A stretch of 64,000 bases of DNA from Eledone cirrhosa (taxonomy: Eukaryota): assembly GCA_964016885.1 (NCBI GenBank), contig OZ024749.1, positions 53,692,001 to 53,756,000 of the forward strand, given 5' to 3'. This document shows, piece by piece, positions 39,856 to 54,027 of the stretch (position 1 is the stretch's first letter; every line of letters begins with the position of its first letter). A model generated the notes under the pieces. That model was not told the DNA's origin. It did no database searches and saw only the letters and a program-made list of their open reading frames with translations. Made by a program: the position numbers and the translations under genes.

Positions 39856-40465
39856 CAGGATATGAAGAAAGAATCCAACACTATCTCACAGAGTAAATGA
39901 TTAATAATAATATTGAAGATGATGAGGTGGTGGTGGAGGCGTTGTTACAAATGTACGTTTGTCTCCGATGGGAGGTTGCCAAGCAAATTATGGGAGGGTT
40001 GCTTGACAACCAGCCCCCTTCCCCCACAGGAAAGAAACGTACATTTGTAGCATTTCAACCTCTCCACCATGTGTGTGTATGTACATATATATATATATAA
40101 TGTGTGTAAATATAAACACGACAAAAGCAGATTCTTCTCGTCTACGATGCCCCCTGTATGTCGTCGTCTCCAGTCCCCTCCACTTTATATCGACGACCCT
40201 ATCACAACAAAGGGACACAGGCGTTACACAATCACACCACGCTTCTTTCTATACACTCCGCCGCTCCCCCCACACCAGCCCTCAACACCCACACTACACC
40301 ACGCCAGCCCCACATCACCCTTCACTACACCAGCTCCCCACCTTACCAAATACTATCTGAAGCCTTTTGTGGCCGCCTTCGGTACGACGGTAAAGAAATC
40401 GATATTTAAAAAAAACAGCGAAACACCTCCTTTTTCGAGACAGCTACTTTACGTTGAACCAAAGC

Positions 40466-40503
<38 letters not shown>

Positions 40504-42485
40504 CATTTATATTAAGGCTAAAATGTGAGTCTTGTTACACACACACACAGTTTCTCCTCTTAACACATTGTTATATAAATCTGCCTCGTCTCTCTTCTAA
40601 ACCTTGATATTTCACTTAAGTGGTCAGCGGTCACTCGACACACAAACAATTACAGTCAAACCTATCCTCTACAGGACAAAAATAATAACAACAAATAAAA
40701 TAATAAATTTAAATAAATAAACACGGACACATTGGTGGTCAGTGAGATTTCCAGATATATCATACAAAAAAAACAAAAGCAAGAGAAAAAATGGGAAGCT
40801 GATCGTCCAGTGTTTAATGAGAAGATGTATGGCTCAAGCAGGCCTGGCCCATGGTTCAATAATAACGACAGTAATATCTGTTGTATGCTTTCGGCTATAA
40901 TATTAATAGCAGCAGTAAGCAAGTAAAATACTGGCAGATCAATAGACAAATCTACAGAGATATCGAAAGGAAAGAATGGAAACTAGCAAAGACTGCATAT
41001 TATATACGTGTGTGTGTGTGGTGTATATATATATATATGCTACAATGTTTTCAATACCTTTCATTTATATATATATAAATATCTGTGTGAGGTGTGTGTG
41101 TGTGTGAGGTGTGTATATATATCTGTGTGTGAGTGTGTGTGTATTCGAAACCGAGGTTTCCTGCGTCGTCAGCCTCAAATAAAATAACATCTATCCATCT
41201 ACTGGGGAAGTACTAAACTCTTGGAAAGAGCGGTGTTTCCGCATGGCCGCATTCCAAACAGTATATATAGATGTGTGTCTGTGTATATATATATATATAT
41301 ATACATACCACGCTGTAATAGTACTTTTGTTATGAGAGAGAGAGAGAGAGCAGGTGCGCTGTAATGCTGTGACAATAATTCCACCAAGCAGTTGGCAACA
41401 ACGTTATGTTGTATTCTTAATATCACATGTGTATGTATGGCATATAAAGATACACACTCACACACACATATATATACACATACTATTCCGTTCCCCTCCT
41501 CTAGTATATCATATCCCTTAAACATAATTGTTTCTAATTTAGACAAAAGGCCAGCAATATTGTTAAGGGACGGGGAGGCAAGGTCCATTGCATCAAACAC
41601 CAGTACATGACCGGTACTTGATTTTATCGAAGTAAAACTGAAGTGAACGTGATTTGAAATCAGAATGTATAACCACATCATCACAACACCACACAACGAG
41701 AAGGAGTTGCTATGTGGTCGCATGGTTAGGATTGCTAGAAATAGATGCTAAATCTTCCTCAAAACTCACCCTTATCGTCTTAAGAAGGAATGACACACAC
41801 ATTGTATAATATGTCTGAACAAAAAATAATCAGTTATACAACATATTTAACACATCAACAAACAATTATATACAAATGCGATGGATTGGCAGCAGAATTG
41901 GTAGAGCGCAGCACAACATGCTATGCGGCATGTAGTTTACTGCCCCTCTACGTTCTGAGTTCAAATCCAGCCGAGTTCCTTACGGAGGTCGATAAGATAA
42001 AGTGCCAGTAACGCATTGGGGTCGATTTAATCGACTTTCCCCTCCCCACCAAAACTGTTGGCCTTGTGTCTAAATCTGAAACTATTTTATACAAAAGAGA
42101 TTTAGTACAAAGCTTTTTGATTGATTTAGCAATGTGAAATTCTTGTGACGAAACAGAAATAAAAGATATAGTAAGTTATATAACTATCACAGCAGAAATT
42201 ACTAGCTGGAAGCAGTTTTCACAACAATAATTATTTTACATCGAAAATATAACCAGCTCTGGTTTTTACTAGAAAATCGTCTTCTTCCAAAGACTTTCTC
42301 CGAAAGTATAATGCTGCCTACAGTACATACATACATAGATATACATGTATATTTAGGCATATACACACATATATACATATAGATATATATATATATACAT
42401 GTATATTTAGGCATATACACACAAATATTTTATAATAATCTCTACAACCAATCCTCAATATCTAAATATTTATTTACTCGTTACA

Positions 42486-42521
<36 letters not shown>

Positions 42522-43904
42522 GTATTGAATACATATAAAAATGAGTAAACTCATCGCTAGAACAGCCGTTAAAACAGCGAAATACTATCAAAGACAGCGA
42601 TGGGCAAAAATGCTTCAATTCTGACAGCATCTTATTCACGAAAACCACAAATCAAAACAGCTTTGCAACAATACCATGTGTGTTAACAATACACATACAC
42701 ACACGCACGTGTGAGTGTGTATATATGACGTCCCTGTCTTCCATTCAGTCAATAATTCACATGTACACTCCAGCTGGGCCACATCCGTGTCTTCCACAAG
42801 ATTTGAAGTGTAAATGCAGATAACCGAAGCAAATAAGACATCTTGCTTGACACTCTAAACAATTCTACCAGTCCACTGCACTGGACAAGCAGTTTATTTT
42901 ATGAATCCAAGACAATATAAGTGGCAAAGGGATTTAAACAGAGAGTGCAGATAGCTGGAACAAATAACACCAGGCATTTTGACTTATATATATATCATCA
43001 TTATTTAACACCTGTTTTCCCTGCTAGCAAGAATTGAACAAGTCTAGTAGACCAAATCAGTACTGAAGCAGGGCTACTGATCTCCCAGACAGACCAAGGG
43101 GTCTGCATCACTTACATAGGGTCATATGTTCTATCGAGTGCACAGGAGATGCTGTGTCTTTTGACACAAACTGAAGGGTCTTCTCATCCCCTTGTTTGGT
43201 AAGCTTTCTACAGCTGGATGCCCTTCCTATCACCAACCAGTTTACAGTGTGTAACTTCATGTTTTATAAATGCTGGGATGGGTTTGACAAGACTTTTTGA
43301 AGCAGTTTTTCTATGGCTGGATGTCTTTCCTGACACCAACCCAAATATATAACAACGGATCATTGTTTTAACTATTGATGATATAAAGAAATGTGGTAAA
43401 ACTGATACACACACAGACACTGTGGCTGTGCAGTGGAGTACAACTTAAAACCACATGCATATGGCAAACTGGATCAGTTGCTCATAGACTAAAACACAAG
43501 CCATTATATGTTTTTCATTCTCAGATACATGAAGAAGCTTTGAATGCCAAACCTTGGATCAACTCATGTGGTTTACTTGTTATCAAGGAGTTCACAACCA
43601 AATGGCAAACAGTGGAAATATGCATCATGACACCATCATCACTGTTTAACATCCATTTTCCCCCAATAGCATGGGTTAGACGAGCTGTCCCATTGTGAGA
43701 CAAGCTAGATCAGTTGACTGTGTCTTGCTCATACAGAACCAGCTCTGGCTTGGTTTCTATGGCTGGATGCTCTTCCTAATGCCAACCACATTTACAATGT
43801 ATACTGCAGCACCCTCTAAATGATGCAAAGAGGAGTATTGAGATTGAAGCCAAGTTCAGACATCAACTAAGTAAGATTGACAACTATGGTTTGACAGGAA
43901 TAGT

Positions 43905-44105
43905 TTAACCCTTTAGCATTTAAACTGACTATATCCAGTCAGAATTCTTACACCTCTTTCTGTTCAAACTGGCTGAAACCTGTTACTCATACCAATGTTA
44001 AGGTATTGTTCTCAAAATCTCATAGATTCGATATTATATGAAGTAAAGCCTTTACTGTGAAAATACAATAGTAAATACAGAGTAATGTAAATGCTAAAGG
44101 GTTAA
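43905..44105. mobile_element. piggyBac-like MITE (other copies 46218-46433 and, inverted, 22612-22836)
   Basis: TTAA|CCCTTTAGCATTTA ... TAAATGCTAAAGGG|TTAA: terminal inverted repeats with TTAA target sites; three homologous copies. Confidence 0.85.
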
Positions 44106-44994
44106 GGAATGGTGTTGTCAACATAGCTCTTATGGCCTTTCTAATGGAATACCAATCCAATCCAGAGCCTTCCCACTCCAGTTGGAGGAACCCCTCCCTG
44201 GTTGACCTCCGCTACTTTCTGTTTGGTTTGGATCATGTCCATGGTGTAGCTGTACTCACCACATTTGACCAATTGCAGATTGCTGAGGTTTTTTAACCTT
44301 TAGTTGCTGACCACTCAACCATGAAACAGGTTATACTGGGTTACATGGTACCAGTAGTGGAGAGAATGGAAAAGTGTACCAACAAATTCCTGAGATTGGC
44401 TTGGTCACCCACCAGACATTACAAGACTTGGGTTGTCTACTGCTAAACTCAAGCTACCGCTAACATCACTTGTGAGAGATTTTAAAATGACAAAGACATA
44501 CATCCACATGATGTTAAATGATTCAGTGGATTCCACTGGTCATGTGGGCAAGCCAATAGTGTTGACAAGAAATGAAGTGATGGTGGCCATCTTGGAAATG
44601 AAAAAAACAGGACCATAAAACATGAAGTTAAGTCTGGGACAGACAGGGAAAAAATGGATGATATCCCACTAGAATAACGAAGGGAGACAAGATATTGCAA
44701 CCAAAGAAATTTGATATATTTAACCCTTCTCTGACCCTATTTCTAACGACATACACTTAATTAATGAAGGGATTTACTAAAATTATTATTTCAATATTAA
44801 GGTTCTTATATAATGTTGAAATGTTTTAATTTAAATAGGAACCCTTTAAAATTGATGGTTTTCTTCCATAGAATCAGAGGCAGTTTTGGGTAGAACATGC
44901 AACTGGGGTAGTAGGGTTGGGAAACCAATATAGATAGGTAACACCTGCTGAGGGCCTTTGCTAGAAAAAATTTCAGAAAATTTAAAATAATTAT

Positions 44995-45268
44995 ACATGC
45001 AAGAGAAAAGACTGCGTTGGTACAGATATGTGATGTACATGGATTATGATTGCTGGGTGAAGAAGTGCCAGGAAATTCCAGTGGAAGGAAGCCTCAGTAG
45101 AAGTAGACCAAGGAAAATCTGGGCAGAGGTGGTGAGAGCTGATCTCAAATCACTGAGACTCTCAGAAGAGATGATGAAGGAATGAGGTGAGTGGAGAGAT
45201 GCTGTGTTGAGAAGGTCTTGTCAAACCCATGCAAGCTTGGAAAAATGGACGTAATAACAATGATGATT
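44995..45268 (+). mobile_element. Degenerate RTE LINE 3' end (similar remnants at about 17065-17350 and 1555-1645)
   Basis: RLRWYRYV..WVKKCQEIPVEG..RPRKIW. Confidence 0.8.
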
Positions 45269-46891
45269 TATGTTAATGATGAAGAACAAATAACATATAT
45301 ATATATATAATTTTTGATGATTTAGTGTTAAAGAATAAAAACTAATAATAAAATAAAGATATTTTTAAAATGGAGGTCCCTGAGGGTGTGTAGCCTTAAG
45401 CTATAGCTTATTTAGCTAATAGGCAAGTCCAGCTCTGGAGACAGCTGAATAAAAGAAGTCAAGAGTATGGTGTGCTTCGATTTAAAGTCTGTCTGAAGCC
45501 TGAAGGTTCATTGGCCCAGTGCCTATCTTGGTTTCTATGACATTAAGCAACTGAGTACAAGACTTCCCCCTAGACATGACTCCAGGCCATCGCAGGGTTA
45601 AAACCCCAGCTATTACTGGTACTCATTTTCAGCTGAGTATACTGGTGCAACATGAAATGAAATATTTTGCTCAAGAACACAACACACAACCCAGTCCAAG
45701 TATTGAACTCATCTCTGGTCAATATTAAATCCTGGGACTGGAGTGGACACTGTTGTCATTTGGTGAAGGTTATGCATCACTGGACCATATAAGTCATCTG
45801 TTACAGAGTATGGTGTGGCAACTTAACCAAATCCTGGCTCTTCTTGATACACTAAAAACAACAATACTTCAGCATTAATGTAATGACAATCAACAAAACA
45901 TTATACCCTGTTCTCTTACAGAAGGGTGGGGGAGGGTGATAAGGGACAATGCAAGAATGCACACAGAGGAAAAGATGATACCCAAACTTGTGCATGGTAC
46001 CAATGGCTGGAGGTTGCAGGTGGATTTGAAGAAAACACTAATATTTCAAAGTTATATTGCAATAACAAAGCAATGATATAATGCCAGGGTCTGACTTGAT
46101 AAAAACTGATGAGATTGTTAAACTAATTGTGCCTTAAGAAAACCATCTGATTCGTTTTATTTTTAACTATTTAGTCAGAGTCTCAAAGCCTGGTAGGGAG
46201 AAGGGTGTAAGTTACCTATAACCCTTTAGCATTTAAATTGGCTGTATACAGCTAGAATTCTCTCACCTCTTTCTGTTCAAACTGGCTGTAACTGGCCACT
46301 CATACTGATGTTAAGGTATTGTTCACAAAATAAATAATATCAAAATCTCATAGATCTGATATTATATGATGTAAAGCCTTTACTGTGAAAATACAAAACT
46401 AAATATAGAATAATGTAATTGCTAAAGGGTTAAACTAAAAACCCGGGTCGAGAATACTTGCAACAGAGTAAATTCTATTAAAGGCACCCAGGATAGATCT
46501 ACCAGCCAGGAACTGAGTATGTAAACATCTGGACCTCATGCCGCAAAGCATCTCATTCGGTCAAATCACTGGCCTGGCCTGGACTGGACTGGTACTGTAT
46601 TGACCATTAACAGGCTGGAAGACAAAATCAACCTCTGCAGAATTTGAAAACAGAGTGTTAGACACATGAAAGGAAGAGCCATAAACATAAACGATGTAGA
46701 ATTGTGTGAGGTAACAAGGATGACAATAGGGTAAATATTATTAATGGTGACCTTTTACTGACTCCTAAACAGTCACTATTAATGATAAATATATATGTGT
46801 GTGTGTGGTATATTTATTTGCATGTATATATATACTATATTGGAAGTGAAAACGGACGTTAAATGATGACATATATACATATTGATATATA

Positions 46892-46970
46892 CAGGATGTC
46901 ACCAAAAAATATATACACAATATTTATTAGAATGCATACATTTGTGTTTACATTTTTGGGGGACACCCTG
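46892..46970. mobile_element. Tc1/mariner-type MITE (half copy at about 31733-31780)
   Basis: TA-CAGGATGTC.CCAAAAA ... TTTTTGGGGGACACCCTG terminal inverted repeats. Confidence 0.65.
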
Positions 46971-47189
46971 TGTGTGTATGTATGTAGATATATATATATA
47001 TAATACACATCAACATTTTAGATCCGTTATTCCACGCTTGCATGATATATCATTTCGAGCCACTTTTTTCCATATAAAACAGAAGTAACATTCAAACACC
47101 AACCAGATGTAAGAAAAACTACAAACCCTCAATTCTACTTTTGAAAAGCACAAGAACTGCAAAACCGGTAAAGGAACCAAATAAATATA

Positions 47190-47220
<31 letters not shown>

Positions 47221-47610
47221 ACTCCAGTCATTTTCCATTTCATCTTTTTTCCTTATATTTTCACTCGGTTTTTTTCATTTTGTAAAAAAACCTCACTTAA
47301 TATATATATATATCTATATCTATATATATATATACACACACACACAGAGACTGATATATATATCATCATTCAACGTTTATTTTCCCCTTGTCAGCAGGGA
47401 TTGGAAGGGTCTTCGGAGACCAGGTCAGCTACTGACCTCTCGGATGGTCCGAATGAGAGGGGGTGATGCATCGCACTTGTGTGTGTGTGCGGAAAAAGCG
47501 GACGTAAAAACGGTGATGTCGACGTGTGTATAATATGGGTCCGGTGTATATATATATATATACACCACATCGGTAACCGGATCCATATTAGCATATATAT
47601 ATACATGCCC

Positions 47611-47683
47611 ATTCAAATCTGATGAACGAGCTGGACGTTTCTGTAAGGATCATCTAGTTACCTGAAACCTTTGGTAATGGAAT
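47611..47683 (+). ncRNA. Degenerate type-I hammerhead motif
   Basis: attcaaat CTGATGA acgagctgga..tctagttacct GAAA cctttgg TA atggaat; helices I and II imperfect. Confidence 0.5.
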
Positions 47684-47705
47684 AATTATATTGTGTTGTT
47701 TATGC

Positions 47706-47755
<50 letters not shown>

Positions 47756-47968
47756 GAAAGGTATGGAAAAAAAATATATATATATACACAGACACGCAGT
47801 GTAAACCATGTACCTATAAGTAATAAAACAATAAAAAAATTAGGTTAAGAAAGGAAATCCCCCCTCACTGTAAATCCTAGACCCATGCTCAGTATATATA
47901 TATTTATATCATCATCATCATCATCGTTTAACGTCCATCTTTCACGCTTGCATGGGTTTGGAGATATT

Positions 47969-48005
<37 letters not shown>

Positions 48006-48078
48006 TTATATATATGTATGTATATATTTATATATATGTATATATATATATTTATATATATGTATATATATATTTATA

Positions 48079-48118
<40 letters not shown>

Positions 48119-49804
48119 AAAATGGAACGGGAACAAAACAGAGGTAGTACAAAGGTTTATTAGTTTCACGCTCTTGAGAGTGGGGGGGTGGGGGATATAT
48201 ATATATATATATATAAACATATGCATATCTGTATCTATAGAGATATTTGTGTACATATACACACACATATATATTATATATATATACACTAAAAAAATTG
48301 TATATATATACAAACAATTGTGTGTATGCGTGTATATATATATATATTCCATTATATAGTCTTATCGTCTCTTCAATACAGAAGAAAATAGACTTTGGTT
48401 GGCATTTTGGAATCTTAAGATCTCTCATACACAGAAACATGTGATGTTGTGATGTTCAGTGTTTCTCTACAACGAGCACCTCCAGTTGAGGGGGAAATAT
48501 GAATGGCTCCAACTCGGATCACCGGGAGACATTGTCTTGCTATAACAATATTAACAATATTGGTAAATATTTGGACAAGGTATAACACTAGTATTATGTT
48601 TCATTGTCAGTTGAAATAAATCGGCTCTTTTATGTCGTTTATGGTAACTTATATCATCGACGGTGATGGTGAAGATGATGATGATAGCGATGATGGTGAA
48701 GATGATGATGATAGCGATGATGGTGATGGTGAAGATGATGATGATGATAGCGTGATGGTGATGGTGAAGATGGTGATGATAGTTTTTAACACAAGGCTTA
48801 TTTATATATTTTGGAAGTATGTATAGTATTAACATCATTAATTAGTCGGTATTTGTTTTCTAATGTTTATCTTCACTCCGGAAGACTTTAGTGAACAACG
48901 ACTAACTCTTATCTCTCTGGAATTTGAACTAACAATGATGATGATGATGTTAATAATAATTGTTTCTACTATAGGCACAAGGCCAGCAATTTTAGGTACT
49001 TTATTTATCGACCTCGTAAGGATGAAACAAAACTAACCTCGGCGGGATTTGTATACTATCAATAATATTTACTATTATTGATACACTTACAAAAGGAAAT
49101 CTCAAAGTGAAAGAGAGAGACAATGCTTTGGAATAAGACATTATATATATATATATATATACACACATAAGGTAAATTGTCACCAATATCCCCCTGGGGT
49201 AAGATGTTTGTGAAGTTTTATTGTTTAAGATGACTTTACTAGTAATCTACCCGTCGGTGATTTTATATAATATAACATAATATATTATAAAGCAAGCATC
49301 ATAGTTACAATCATAATAGTTAGATGTTATATATATATATATGGTTAAAAAAAGGGGGAAAATTATATATTAAAAAAAGCTGCGATAGATGGGGGGGGGG
49401 CATAAAAGAGAATATTCATGAAACATTTCAAGAATATAGGGGAACAATGATGCCAAAAAACCCCCAAACAAACGAAAATTAGGGACCAAAATATAGAATT
49501 GTAAACATGCGAGGAGTCTTATTAGATTGTTGTGAGCCGGTATAATAATAATAATGAGGAAGGGGAGGAGGATAAAGAGATTGATAGAGAGGGGGAGGGA
49601 GATTGATAGAGAGAAAAAATTAGAGAGGAAGATCGAAAGAAAAACTAGAAATTGATAGAGAGAGAGAAAGAAAAAGACAGAGCAATAAAGGTGGTAGGAG
49701 GAAGGGGAGGGCGCTCTTTATTTTCTGCCATATTGAAAAACTAACAAATGTTCCCCATCGATATAAAAAAAGACATTAATAATGTAGTTTTATGAAATGC
49801 TTAC

Positions 49805-49884
49805 CTTCCGTAAATGCTATCAGATATTTTGCTGCGCTTCACCGGGCGCCGCAGTTTGCCACTCTCGGCATTCCGTCTCTTCAT
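49805..49884 (-). CDS. MACO1: Macoilin coding exon 1 (ATG at 49884)
   Basis: Hand translation MKRRNAESGKLRRPVKRSKISDSIYG(S) matches the macoilin N-terminus (MKRRNADxxKLRRPLKR). Donor AG|GTAAG, phase 2, joins exon 2 in frame. Confidence 0.93.
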
Positions 49885-50503
49885 ATTCCAATACGAACCG
49901 ATGTTTTCTCTCCTTTCTTTAAGCGAGCTAGCTTAGAAATGACAAAATAACAACACTGCGTGTGTGTGTGTGTATATCTATATGTATGTGTATATCTATA
50001 TGTAAGTGTATATCTATATGTATGTGTATATCTATATGTGTGTGTATGTGTTGTGACTGTGAGTGAGTATGCGTATTGTTCTAATTGCTTGTTTGTTTGT
50101 TTGTTATTTTTCCATGTATTTTTTTATTTGTTAAAATCATTTGTAGAAAACTAAATCCTCATAATGAATTTCTCATCTAAATTTCTTCCAATAAACATTA
50201 GAATTGCGTTAAAAGCAAAACAAAAAAATATATATCAAACGAGACTTGTGAGTTCCTGTCACGTTAGTTTGACGTAAAAAGAACCATTCTCGACAGCGTC
50301 TTTTGCAGTCCGGAGAGTTCCGTAAAACCTATGTGTTCTACGTCATCATTCGGCTACTTCCGTGTCCGATTTCGTTAGATCTCGGTCTTTTCCGTACTTA
50401 CTTCAAGAATATTCTTTCAGCCGAGTGAATTTTTTTTTCTATCTTCTCGTAGAATCAGCTCTCTCCGTATTTTCCAACTTCTGTCGATACTTTCCATCTC
50501 AAA
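49885..50503. promoter_or_regulatory. Bidirectional promoter / 5' UTR interval between the MACO1 and CCT8 start codons
   Basis: Divergent ATGs 619 bp apart; locally CpG-rich. CRE-like TGACGTAA (50270) and TACGTCA (50339), ETS-like ACTTCCG (50356), HSE (50401). Confidence 0.8.
50401..50415. promoter_or_regulatory. Perfect three-unit heat shock element
   Basis: cTTCaaGAAtaTTCt = nTTCnnGAAnnTTCn, about 90 bp upstream of the CCT8 ATG. Confidence 0.6.
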
Positions 50504-50563
50504 ATGGCCTTACACGTCCCAAAAGCACCCGGCTTCTCTTCTATGCTAAAAGAGGGTGCAAGG
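50504..50563 (+). CDS. CCT8: CCT8 (TCP-1 theta) exon 1
   Basis: MALHVPKAPGFSSMLKEGAR, the diagnostic CCT8 N-terminus; gtaagt donor. Confidence 0.97.
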
Positions 50564-53004
50564 GTAAGTTTGTTAATCGTTTTCCACTATTTTTTCCGTC
50601 CCTAAATGACAAAGATATTCTGTGATAAAAACCATGTGAGCGATCATTGTTGAGATAAATGTTTTTATTTCCTTACATTACTCATCATTCATTATAAATA
50701 ATAGTCTTCTGTAATATTGCGGCTGTCATATATATAAATGTAGACAATATTTAATTTGTTTTAAGACCTGAATATTATATTTTAAGATTTCTTGTTAAAG
50801 ATCTCCTCCCTAAATATTTCGGTGAGAAGATGCTAAGAGCTCCTTTTATTTAATATATATATTATACTCCCGAAAACTTGAGGGCCGTTGGGTGTTTTTA
50901 AGATAAAATCATTTACATATTTCTTTTTATTAAAATCCTTCATATATCATGAAGCAAAAAAAACAATGTATGATTATTATTTAAACTGTTGATTGCATTT
51001 CATTTCTGCTTCGTCATTTAATTTACACGATCCCTTCTTAAATGTTTTATAAGTTGATGAAATATTGATAATGAAATGTACATAATGAAATAATAATTTC
51101 ATTATTATTATTAAATGTACATTATGTTCCATCATATACACACTGATGTTTTCTATAAATTCTGTTGAATCTTATAATTTAAATTAACCCTACTAACAAG
51201 AACCCTCATTATTTTTGCATTTAATGTTTTACACCCAGTAATCTGAGGATTTTTCAGTCAAGATTTTATTCTGGATCCTCCTCCCATCGACATTTCTTCC
51301 GCTCTTCATTTCGTTTGACAAACATTAATCTAAATTAAGTTAGTAATAAATAAGGCAACAGAGGTAGAATTTCTACCAGAAAGAAACGTTAGCTAATCTC
51401 ATTCACATCTACATCACACCATTTTAAAAAGGAACGATACATTGGATGATGTCCTAGATACAATGAGACGTGATGGTTACGGATGGAACGACTTTTATAA
51501 TAGACAGACATATAATCCATCAGTGCTAATTTGTGGTTAAACAACCAGAATGATGTGTGATGGTGTTAAATTAACTGACAATACTCTTAAAATGTTGTGT
51601 ATGAGATGTCTTAAGGGAGCAGGCTTTGCAATGTCGCGCGGTTTTCTCGGTTGCAATCTTTGTCTTTGTCACATTTGATTTCACCGGTATCGATACAATA
51701 GAGTATTATTGATATGTAGACAATCAACTTAACTCTCTGTTCCTTTATTTAAATTTTGAGATAAAAACAAAACTGATTGGTTTTCTAATGAAATGAATCA
51801 TTGATAAGGATGAGAAATAAAACCATGCTTGATTTGTGGCTGAGAACGAGGCTTGTCTTGCCGGCAAATAAAACATTAATTAGGGCAGAGTAACAATATT
51901 TTATGTTAAAGTTTCTGAGAAATTAGCTATAAAATCATCTTTGCTGCTTTATAATAACAATAGCTACTAATAAATAAATGATCACTACTTGATAGACTCT
52001 TAAAATCGTTTCTATTTACACGTGGTTGGTTATGATGGTGAATGACTAACGTTAGGGCTGGCGGCGCCCTCCACAATGTGCGCCCCATTCTTCCAGATAT
52101 AGTAATTTCGAATTATTTTAAGCCTGCTTTTTTCACTACACCATCCACACTCATCCAGGCCAAATCATGTGACAGATCATAACACCTTACGACCCTCGTC
52201 TCGATAGCTTCGGATATTTCCACAACACTACTACGCAGCAAAGATGTATTTAATTATACAGGTTTATATAAAACTCTGGTCCTTTAAGGTTCATTTATGC
52301 ACCTTTCTGAAGTCTGGCTCAAGAACTAGTTTGAATGGGAGGGGAAAGAGGATCAAATTCACACCAGTATATTACTGGTACTTTATTTTATCAACCCCGT
52401 AAGGATGAAAGATAAAGCTAACCTTGGCGTCATTTGAACTCAGCGTAGAGGGATGTAACTAGATGCTGCAAAGCATGTCTGAGGCTCTAGCGATTACTGC
52501 CAATCCACCCCTGCCCCTCATCAAGGAAATAAAGTATTTTATAGTTTCACTGTCAAAAGTTGGTTGTTGCTACATAAATAGTGTGATTTCGATATGATCT
52601 GAATATAGTTGAAACAACCCACGAGGGCTTACTCCTGTTATCACTATTGTGACGACTGTGTAGTATTGAAGTTGTAATGTATGGAGGAACAAATAGAATA
52701 TACATGGGGAGATTACTGGAGTACATTACCAACATCATTAGACATTGTATAAATAGTAATGGTCTACCTTTTATTTCCCAATTTCTTGTTTAGCTTTAAC
52801 CCTTTTGTTACCATTAGTTTGGAGTTAAAAATATGGGTTCAGTTTCTTTAAAATGCTGTAGCATTAAATATATTTTACATTTTTACAGCTTTGTTTGATG
52901 TTCTGTAGGTTCTACATGTCATTTTAGGGGTCTGAAAAGGGAGGGATCCATTATTGATTTTTGTTTCATTTTTTATTTTAAAATTTGTCTTTTATTTTAA
53001 AAAG

Positions 53005-53095
53005 CATTATATGGGCCTTGAAGAAGCTGTCTATAGAAATATTGATGCTTGCAAAGAGATTGCAAAGACAACAAGATCTGCATATGGTCCTCATG
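53005..53095 (+). CDS. CCT8: CCT8 exon 2
   Basis: HYMGLEEAVYRNIDACKEIAKTTRSAYGPH(G). Confidence 0.96.
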
Positions 53096-53502
53096 GTAAG
53101 ATTTAATTTTTAATTTTACTTTGCTTTAAGAAAGACCAACTTCCTTCGAGTTGGTTCTTCATATAGTTGGCTTTTTCTGTGTTTATACAGTGTATATTTT
53201 ATTCTGTAATGTTGAGTAAAGGTGGGGTGACTAAATACCAGGATTTGACCGCCTGCTTCAGTTTTTGTATCAGTTACTATTGAGACGGCTGGTTCCCTTC
53301 GTCCCCAAACTGTCGTTTTCCTTTGTGGTGCTGAAATACAATCCTGCCAACAGAACAGGCATAGGCAACCTTTTTCGAGCAGTGGGCCACATAGAATATG
53401 GCTCAGCGTACCTGAATAGACGACTGTTTGCCCATGACCAGTGTAGGGTTTACTCCCTTCTTTCATTATTTAATATTTTTTCTCTCTTGTTGTATTTTAC
53501 AG

Positions 53503-53582
53503 GTCAGAATAAAATGATCATCAATCACATTGAAAAGCTGTTTGTCACTAATGATGCTGCAACTATTCTTAACGAATTATCT
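53503..53582 (+). CDS. CCT8: CCT8 exon 3
   Basis: QNKMIINHIEKLFVTNDAATILNELS (TNDAATIL chaperonin motif). Confidence 0.97.
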
Positions 53583-54027
53583 GTAAGTTCTAGAAAATAT
53601 TTTAATTTAAAATTATTTACCTTACATTATTAATGAACTTGCTGCAGGTGTGTTTATACCCCTTACCTATCTCTCTACAGATACTAACCAGCCACTAACG
53701 ATGATAATGCTGGGGCACTGACTTAAGAATTTTGAAAATTAAAGCTCATAAATTTGTACATGTGTTATATACAATTTGATCTTCTTGTGTCTTGTAGTTA
53801 TGTTCCATTTAAGTTAGCTAGGGTTGAAGGTAAATTGTTCAGTGGATAGGACCTTCTATTTTTTTAGTTAGCTTAGGTTGGAGGTAAATTGTACAGTTTC
53901 CTTTCACCATCCACATGGAATCTTTGATTTTATTGGCCTGAGGTACAGTTTGTGCAATCAACCTACATTTAGTTTTAAATAACCTGTCAAATGTTTTCAG
54001 CAATATTTTGATTTCTTATTGTTTCAG

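Noticed and set aside
46104-46160. Hammerhead (CTGATGA...GAAA)
   Set aside because: Helices II and III cannot be formed convincingly.
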